A DNA stretch of 32,000 nt from Okeania sp. Its GTDB lineage: Bacteria > Cyanobacteriota > Cyanobacteriia > Cyanobacteriales > Microcoleaceae. Made by a program: the position numbers and the translations under genes. Within the stretch, counting starts at the first letter, position 1. Each line of letters opens with the position of its first letter. Under the pieces are notes generated by a model. The model saw only the letters and a program-made list of their open reading frames with translations, had not been told where the DNA came from and did not search any database. Below, in pieces: positions 26,221 to 32,000 of the stretch. The stretch is from NCBI RefSeq assembly GCF_035285525.1, contig NZ_JAYKGW010000213.1, positions 1 to 32,000 on the forward strand, in the 5' to 3' direction.

Positions 26221-26493
26221 AACCCAAGCCAAACTTATCAGCTTGAAGGAATTGAATATCAGGGAAAAGGCGCAGAATTAATAGTTGAAGAAGAAGAACT
26301 AGCTTGTGAATATTTAGACAAGTTTGGCAAGTACAATATTCATACTAATAATTGTGAAATGTTGGCTTGGTATGTGATTACTGGAAGACCTTATTATGGG
26401 CAAATGCCAGAAAAATTTCACACGGCAATTGGAGCTAAAATAGTTGATCTTGTGCAACCTGTTTTAAGACCTAGAGAAATAGTTAATCATTAG
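26221..26493 (+). pseudogene. C-terminal remnant of an LRAT/NlpC-P60-like (NC-domain) protein
   Basis: The open frame has no start codon: ...YQLEGIEYQGKGAELIVEEEELACEYLDKFGKYNIHTNNCEMLAWYVITGRPYYG.... It contains the NCE catalytic-Cys motif. The N-terminal His-containing half is missing. Confidence 0.55.
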
Positions 26494-26726
26494 TATGAAC
26501 AAGTAATAATTCGTAAACTTAATGATAACCTAGAAAAAGCAAAACTTGCTTGATTAAAATCAGAGTAAGCAATCAGTGGTGATTTTTGGAAACAAAGAGA
26601 TGCCAAGAAAAATTAGATTTGGCAAATCGTAGGGTTTTGGTCTCCAAACCCAAACTTTAGAATTACTATACAACAATTTGTATAGACTGAATTGCTCAAT
26701 AACTCAATCAATAGGGTTCATTTATA

Positions 26727-26855
26727 GCGCTACGCCCAGGGAACAGGTATGGAGGGAACACTTAACTGGGAGAATAAATTGCCTATAATATAAAGCTTTG
26801 AGCTGCTTGGACACCTCCTGAAATTTGTAAATATTAAGTGCGCACATTGCTATAA
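26727..26855 (-). repeat. ~125-bp dispersed repeat, right (inverted) member of the pair with 24485-24608
   Basis: The reverse complement reads TTATAGCAATGTGCGCACTTAATATTTACAAATTTCAGGAGGTGTCCAAGCAGCTCAAAGCTTTATATTAT.... Confidence 0.75.
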
Positions 26856-27028
26856 GACGAAAACTCATAAGATATGGAACCATTATATAGGCTTTTTAGA
26901 CTCCAAAACTGCCCAAAAAATTCTTAACTGAACTGTATTGTTCAAGAACTCACTTTATTATTATTGATAACTGCTGATAAATATCGCAACTTTATAGAAT
27001 TTTTTACAGTCATGAATACATTGACAAT

Positions 27029-27053
27029 CCCCCCTTTAAAAGGGGGAATTTTT
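27029..27053 (+). terminator. Intrinsic-terminator-like hairpin with no annotated upstream gene
   Basis: CCCCCCTTTAAAAGGGGG followed by AATTTTT. Confidence 0.45.
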
Positions 27054-27074
27054 GTGAGATTTTCCCCTTTATAA

Positions 27075-27099
27075 AAGATGCTTAATAAACATCTTTTTT
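27075..27099 (+). terminator. Second terminator-like hairpin, ~45 nt downstream of the first
   Basis: AAGATG-CTTAATAAA-CATCTT followed by TTTT. Confidence 0.35.
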
Positions 27100-27399
27100 A
27101 CATCAAATTTAGACATTCTAGAGAAGTTATGTGTTTGCTATTCAATGAATATTCTGGGGTAGTAAAGGTATTTAATTAGAGGCTTTTATCCCACCATCTC
27201 TTCACCCCATCATCTCCACACCCCCTCATCTCCACACCCCCCATTCCCAGGGTTTCAAAAGTTCCTTATCAATGAAATTACTCCTTTTATAAGCAAGACT
27301 TAATTTTCAGGATTTAAGTTTTAAAAGTTGAAAATTATCCTCATATAGAGTATGCTAAATACGTCAATATTCTACGAATAGAAAAAACACTATTTAAAA

Positions 27400-27561
27400 A
27401 TGATAACTGTCAAAGAACCAAGAGAAAAACCACTATATTTTCTCAGTGAACAAGGACTTGAACGAGAATTTATTGAAAATGTATCAGTCAAACTTGATGA
27501 TGCCAAAAAATTGATTAATATAAGTCGTCAAAAACAGCTTCAAAAAATATCTAATATTTAG
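27400..27561 (+). CDS. Candidate 53-aa small ORF (hypothetical)
   Basis: MITVKEPREKPLYFLSEQGLEREFIENVSVKLDDAKKLINISRQKQLQKISNI. There is no obvious Shine-Dalgarno. A terminator-like hairpin lies ~60 nt downstream. It falls below the ORF-track size cutoff. Confidence 0.3.
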   Translation: MITVKEPREKPLYFLSEQGLEREFIENVSVKLDDAKKLINISRQKQLQKISNI

Positions 27562-27618
27562 GGTAGTGGTGTAGTAGTGATACTGGGATAGAAGATAAAC
27601 TATGGCTCTTAGATTATT

Positions 27619-27645
27619 CCCTTGAAACCGATAAGGGGCTTTTTT
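27619..27645 (+). terminator. Putative intrinsic terminator after the 53-aa ORF
   Basis: CCCTT-GAAACCGAT-AAGGG followed by GCTTTTTT. Confidence 0.4.
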
Positions 27646-27948
27646 CTTCCCTGTTCCCTATTTCCTTACCCTTGATTTTGATTTTGTAGTTTCATTTATT
27701 AAAAATTGCATATACCGAGTTTCTCACTAAAACACTATGATAAGCTCGGCTCATTTTCTCTGCTTTGTTATTTATCCTTATTTTCTGAACATATTTGCAA
27801 CCTTTTATTTACCCTAATTAATAATACTTTTCCTTATATTAAAAATTGTCCTGGTTAAATCAGAGGTTGAGTGAATAACCTATAAAGGGATAACAAATGA
27901 GGGGTGAAACCCATTATACAAGTAATTAATACTATCTAAGGAGGTCCA

Positions 27949-28527
27949 ATGCTACAGACTTTGAAAATTGATACAACCCACAACATTAATCCTTTAACTG
28001 ATAACTTCAGAGTTCACAATAGTAACAGGTATAAATTTGTAGCGACTCCTGAGCGTAACCAAATTGAATCAGAATTATTGAGATTTGCAAGTATGCCCAG
28101 TTGTATTCACCTTGGACTACAAAATTTAAAATCTTTTGAAGTAATAAATCATCAATTTCAGAATTGGGGCCTAAGTTTCTCTAATGCGATCGCTATCGAA
28201 CCATCGAATCCTGCTTTTGGAGTTCCTTTAGGTGTTAGAGTTATTATGGGAGCGCCAAAAAGTGGCCTCATAGAAATTACCTTCAAATATCCAGTCAAGT
28301 TTGTCAGTGGATTAATCACAAGTTCTCGCCGAACTGTTTTGTCAGCTTACGATCAAAATGAAGAACTTTTAGCTGAAGATGAAATGCCAACTTCAAATTT
28401 GCTAAACTCTAATTCAATTATTACTCCAAATGCTAAACTAAAGGTGACTGGTAAAGATATTTACAAAGTAATCTTCTATTCTTTTGATGGTCAGCTTATA
28501 ATTACAGATTTGAGCTTTGGATTTTAA
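27949..28527 (+). CDS. Hypothetical protein, no recognisable domain
   Basis: 192-aa ORF. The ATG is preceded by AAGGAGG at -12 to -6. There is no signal peptide or TM segment. The composition looks beta-rich. Confidence 0.7.
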   Translation: MLQTLKIDTTHNINPLTDNFRVHNSNRYKFVATPERNQIESELLRFASMPSCIHLGLQNLKSFEVINHQFQNWGLSFSNAIAIEPSNPAFGVPLGVRVIMGAPKSGLIEITFKYPVKFVSGLITSSRRTVLSAYDQNEELLAEDEMPTSNLLNSNSIITPNAKLKVTGKDIYKVIFYSFDGQLIITDLSFGF

Positions 28528-28530
28528 TTT

Positions 28531-28571
28531 AGGGAGTAGGAGGGAGTAGGGACTAGGGAGTAGGGAGTAGG
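28531..28571. repeat. Heptanucleotide array GGGAGTA (STRR-like), starting 4 nt after the stop of the 192-aa gene
   Basis: AGGGAGT AGGAGGG AGTAGGG ACTAGGG AGTAGGG AGTAGG with a 7-nt period. Related arrays are at 24396-24425 (reverse complement) and 30380-30410. Confidence 0.8.
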
Positions 28572-28951
28572 AAAAAAAAGGTTGAAGAGAAGACATTTTT
28601 TTTATTAATTATGATCCGGATATGATATAATAATAAGTTTTAAACATTTAGCTTGGACAGCTTTATTAATAATTAATAATTACCGAAAAATTGTGGGTAT
28701 GCGCCTCCCCCTTTTAAGGGAAAAAAAAAGAGAATACTCGTTATTTATGCCAAGGCTCTTGCTTTCCTAGGTCATGCTGCGCAAACAGCTAGAGGTACTG
28801 ATAACTGATAACTGATAGCTGAAATGACCTCTTCTTATAAACAAGAGAATTGGCTAAAAGGAATTTTTTTCTTTTCTTGGTCGATGGGATATGCCGTTTC
28901 ACTACGCGACATGAAAAGCGGAGCTTTGCGGAGCACAAAACGACCGCAAAA

Positions 28952-29048
28952 GAGGGAACAGGGAACACTAGATATGGGGGAACAGGAAGAAAGAATTGAT
29001 AATTTATGGATAAGAATTGATTTGATTTTTGATTTTTGGAGATGTCTA
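28952..29048. mobile_element. Truncated copy of the ...TTTTGGAGATGTCTA MITE family (right half)
   Basis: GAATTGATAATTTATGGATAAGAATTGATTTGATTTTTGATTTTTGGAGATGTCTAAT is nearly identical to 18565-18622. Confidence 0.75.
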
Positions 29049-29140
29049 ATAGAGAGGCTTTATATCTTAATTTTTTTTTGGGTAAAATTAATTTGATTTT
29101 TTGTGGTATAGGGAATAAATAAATTAGTGGTCTTGCTGAA

Positions 29141-30382
29141 ATGTTAAATAATGCCCAAGTTTTATTTGTCCCCTGGTTACATTTTCACCAACCTCCGATT
29201 TGGCATAATGGCCAATTGCAGGGAAACCTAGAAAAAATGCTGAATGGTGAACCTAACTCAGAAGAGTGTTGGAATGCTCAATGGTTTGCCCAAGCATACA
29301 AAAATCCGGCTCGCTATGCTAAACAACTATCTGAAGAAGGTCATCAACCCCGGATGATGGTAGATTATTCGGGAGTATTGTTGGAAGAGATGGGAAAACT
29401 CTCTACAAATGGTATTTTCTCTAATCTTTATGTTGATGGGGAAGCGGTAGGAGACGTGATTAGTCTGTGGCGAGAAGTTCTGACAGAATATTCCGATACA
29501 ATAGAATTTGCTGGTAGTGCATACAGTCATTGTTATTTTCCTGCTACTCCGGAACGAGACCACGAAGCTCAAATTATGGAATGGCGAAAGGTGTTTGCAG
29601 ATTTGTTTGGGGAGGATGCGTTATCACGAGTTAGAGGTTTTTTTCCACCGGAGATGGGAATGACTGGTGATTCCGCAGAAGCATTGAGATTTATTCGTTT
29701 GTTGAAAAAGTGCGGTTATGAGTGGATTATTTTACCGAATGCAGCATTGGAACATCCTGAAGGTTGGAGTACACCAGAGTTAGAAAACCGAGTACATTGG
29801 TTGGTGGTGGAATCAGGGGGTGAGTCGGAACGTATTCTCTGTGTGGTGAGGGATACGGATATGGGGATTCGACAACAAAGTGGTCAAAATGCTGAGGGTT
29901 GTATTAGTGATGTGCGATATCGTGGTGGAGTGGTGGGAATGAAACCTCCTGGTTTGGTGGTGCCGACTTCTGATGGGGAGAATGGTAATGTGATGATGTT
30001 TGAATATTTTAAAAATTCTTTTGCTCCTCTGTTTCGGGAACGCGATCGCTGGTTGGATGTGGGTTTTATGACGGTGAGTGAATATATTGATAGTTATTTA
30101 TCAGCAGGAGCAGTAACGGAGGTAAGGTTGAAGTCAACGGGAGGTTCGTGGATAGGAGGTCATCAACAATGGCAAGAGGGAGATTTGCGACAAGAGGTAT
30201 TGGCAGCAGTGGAAGAGTTGAGTCAAGATTATGTCAAGGTTGTGGAGTCTGGCAAGGGTTCGGATGAAAAAAGTAGAGCGTTATTGTTGTGTGAAACCAG
30301 TTGTTTTGTTTATTGGGGTTCTGATTTTTGGGCGCAACAGGCAAAATTATTTATTGAGTGGGCAAAAGGAGTGCGGGAGTAG
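29141..30382 (+). CDS. Glycoside hydrolase family 57 protein (compact, 413 aa)
   Basis: All five GH57 conserved regions are recognisable: LHFHQPP; IEFAGSAYSHCYFPATP; GFFPPEMGMTGD; PTSDGENGNVMM; CETSCFVYWGSDFW. Confidence 0.85.
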   Translation: MLNNAQVLFVPWLHFHQPPIWHNGQLQGNLEKMLNGEPNSEECWNAQWFAQAYKNPARYAKQLSEEGHQPRMMVDYSGVLLEEMGKLSTNGIFSNLYVDGEAVGDVISLWREVLTEYSDTIEFAGSAYSHCYFPATPERDHEAQIMEWRKVFADLFGEDALSRVRGFFPPEMGMTGDSAEALRFIRLLKKCGYEWIILPNAALEHPEGWSTPELENRVHWLVVESGGESERILCVVRDTDMGIRQQSGQNAEGCISDVRYRGGVVGMKPPGLVVPTSDGENGNVMMFEYFKNSFAPLFRERDRWLDVGFMTVSEYIDSYLSAGAVTEVRLKSTGGSWIGGHQQWQEGDLRQEVLAAVEELSQDYVKVVESGKGSDEKSRALLLCETSCFVYWGSDFWAQQAKLFIEWAKGVRE

Positions 30383-30751
30383 GGAAGTAGGGGAGTGGGG
30401 GAGAGTTAGTGCGATCTGAGAACATTTGTTTTAGTTGTCTCAAAATGATCGAGTTTTGACCCTAACTATCAGAAAATTTGGCCCTGAAAAATACTCTAAA
30501 CGGTAGTGGTGCATTGTAATGGTCGTGCATTTTCATTACCTTTGTTAGGATGCACAGTGGGAGCATCTTGCTCCCGCGTAGCTGTATTCCTTATTTGCTC
30601 TATACCATTACTATGCAGGACTACCCTCTAAACTCTTCCCTGTTCCCTATTCCCTATATACTTAGAATTTTCTGTAATTTGACTCCTGAGTTATGACTTA
30701 TGACTTATATTTGTTAATTTATCAAGATTTACATATAAAATAAAGACGATT

Positions 30752-31618
30752 TTGAAATTCAGTAGCAGGAGTAAAGCTTTGAACAACAAAAGTCTGTCAG
30801 AAGATTCATCATTAATCCCAGAAACTGTTGTGGATGAAGTTCCCGAAGCAGTAAGAGACCCTCAAAAGCATGAGGAAATTATTTCTACTCAACCTAACAA
30901 CAAAAAATGGATTTGGAGCTGGGTAGGAATAATTGTTTTGGTTGGAGTAATTACTTTAGTATTACAAGTTTTATCTAATCTCAATCAAGTCAGTGCTTCA
31001 TCATCTGAAGCTGAAACTGATAGTATTCAAGTAGATAATTCTGTTTCTACAGAGACTGCTAAAATTGAATCTGAAAAAAATATTTTAGCAGATTTACCTT
31101 ATTCAGAAATACCAGAAAAAGAACTAGATTATGTAGTTGCTGATAGTGATATTCGACTGGAAATAAATGCAGCTAGAAAGTTTCAAGAAATGCTGAATGC
31201 AGCTAGAAATAATGGGATTAATTTAGTAGTTTTAAGAGGTTTTTTGTCTAAGTCTGATTTGGAAGCTTTGGTGAGTAATGCTAATACTATTGGGGAAAAT
31301 TATAATAACAATTTTTCACCTTTAAGTTATGGGGAATATATTACAGGTTATGCTGTTGATATTGGGGATAAAAATGCACCGGAAGCTTATCAAAATGTAG
31401 AGTTTGAAAATACGACAGCTTTTCAGTGGTTAAAAAATAATGCTGCCTATTTTAGCTTTGAAATGATACCTGTCGATGATGAGAAAATTGTTGGTTATGA
31501 ACCTTGGCATTGGCGTTATGTAGGCGATCGCCGCAGTCTAGAAACTTTTTATAAAAGTCTACCGAGTAATATCTCTGAAGAGTCAGAGTTAATAGAAGAA
31601 AGTTCAGAATTAAGGTAA
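30752..31618 (+). CDS. VanY/M15B-like D-Ala-D-Ala carboxypeptidase family protein with N-terminal TM anchor and atypical active-site residues
   Basis: The C-terminal YEPWHWRYVGD and TGYAVDIGD motifs place it in the family. The TM segment is WIWSWVGIIVLVGVITLVLQVL. There is no in-frame ATG before the TM segment, so the start is TTG at 30752 or a nearby GTG (uncertain). Confidence 0.7.
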   Translation: MKFSSRSKALNNKSLSEDSSLIPETVVDEVPEAVRDPQKHEEIISTQPNNKKWIWSWVGIIVLVGVITLVLQVLSNLNQVSASSSEAETDSIQVDNSVSTETAKIESEKNILADLPYSEIPEKELDYVVADSDIRLEINAARKFQEMLNAARNNGINLVVLRGFLSKSDLEALVSNANTIGENYNNNFSPLSYGEYITGYAVDIGDKNAPEAYQNVEFENTTAFQWLKNNAAYFSFEMIPVDDEKIVGYEPWHWRYVGDRRSLETFYKSLPSNISEESELIEESSELR

Positions 31619-31704
31619 GCATTCAGCTATATAAATTCTATTTTATTAGTGTCAAAAATATTGCCTTTTTTCGGCAATAGGTATGGAGGAAATGGTTTAA
31701 TAAT

Positions 31705-31734
31705 GGATAATTGATAATAGATAATTGATAATTA
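31705..31734. repeat. Heptanucleotide array GATAATT x4
   Basis: GGATAAT TGATAAT AGATAAT TGATAAT read directly. Confidence 0.8.
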
Positions 31735-32000
31735 CCTTTCCCTAAAAACGGATAGGATTGAATAAAAGGAAAAAATTTATTTTTTTTCCCTTGAAAGGGT
31801 CGGCTTTAAACCTGAGTTATTTAATTATTTAATTATTTAATTATTAATGATTTGGTAAGAGTTTCAGAGTTTATTTCTAATTTTTGATTTGTTGCATTTA
31901 GGATTGCTATATTAGCATTCAGCATTTCCTGCGGAATACTTCGCAGGTATAACTTTTAATTCTTTTTAGAGGCTAATTCCTTCTTTTGTATATTAATAAA

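Noticed and set aside
28824-29096. 90-aa ORF upstream of GH57
   Set aside because: It is assembled from repeat modules (CGCGACATGAAAAGCGGAGC, the GGGAACA heptamers, and the truncated GGAGATGTCTA MITE) that occur elsewhere in non-coding contexts.

Overview
AT-rich cyanobacterial chromosomal segment, most likely from a filamentous Nostocales-type genome. This is inferred from four things: at least 15 copies of the HIP1 octamer GCGATCGC counted by eye, heptanucleotide STRR-like arrays at gene ends, several dispersed hairpin/MITE-like repeat families, and the gene content (CRR6, Tab2, class II FBA, an RDD-HEAT-pentapeptide protein). I support about 20 intact CDSs, one tRNA-Lys(UUU) and at least six decayed gene remnants: a vapBC-like pair, a Uma2 nuclease, a small antitoxin-like gene, a TnpB N-terminal fragment and an LRAT-like fragment. 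There is no rRNA and no CRISPR array. Housekeeping genes (fbaA, mtnP, an avtA-like aminotransferase, GT4/GT9 glycosyltransferases, a CapA-family protein, an aldose-epimerase-family protein) alternate with accessory genes sitting in repeat-saturated spacers. The most notable items are listed here. (1) A signal-peptide-bearing close homologue of the antiviral lectin cyanovirin-N lies directly downstream of, and co-oriented with, an ECF-type sigma factor; that sigma factor carries a ~260-aa C-terminal extension whose last part appears to be built from MITE-like repeat sequence. (2) A 650-aa lipoxygenase is bracketed by direct copies of the same ~104-bp MITE. (3) A toxin-antitoxin graveyard occupies 12.65-14.3 kb. 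(4) A 2.4-kb ORF-poor stretch (26.1-28.5 kb) holds orphan terminator-like hairpins, a 53-aa ORF and a 192-aa orphan protein with a strong Shine-Dalgarno site. (5) A VanY/M15B-like protein has apparently lost key catalytic residues. I did not find a convincing multi-gene defence or biosynthetic system. All family assignments come from motif recognition by eye and need database confirmation.
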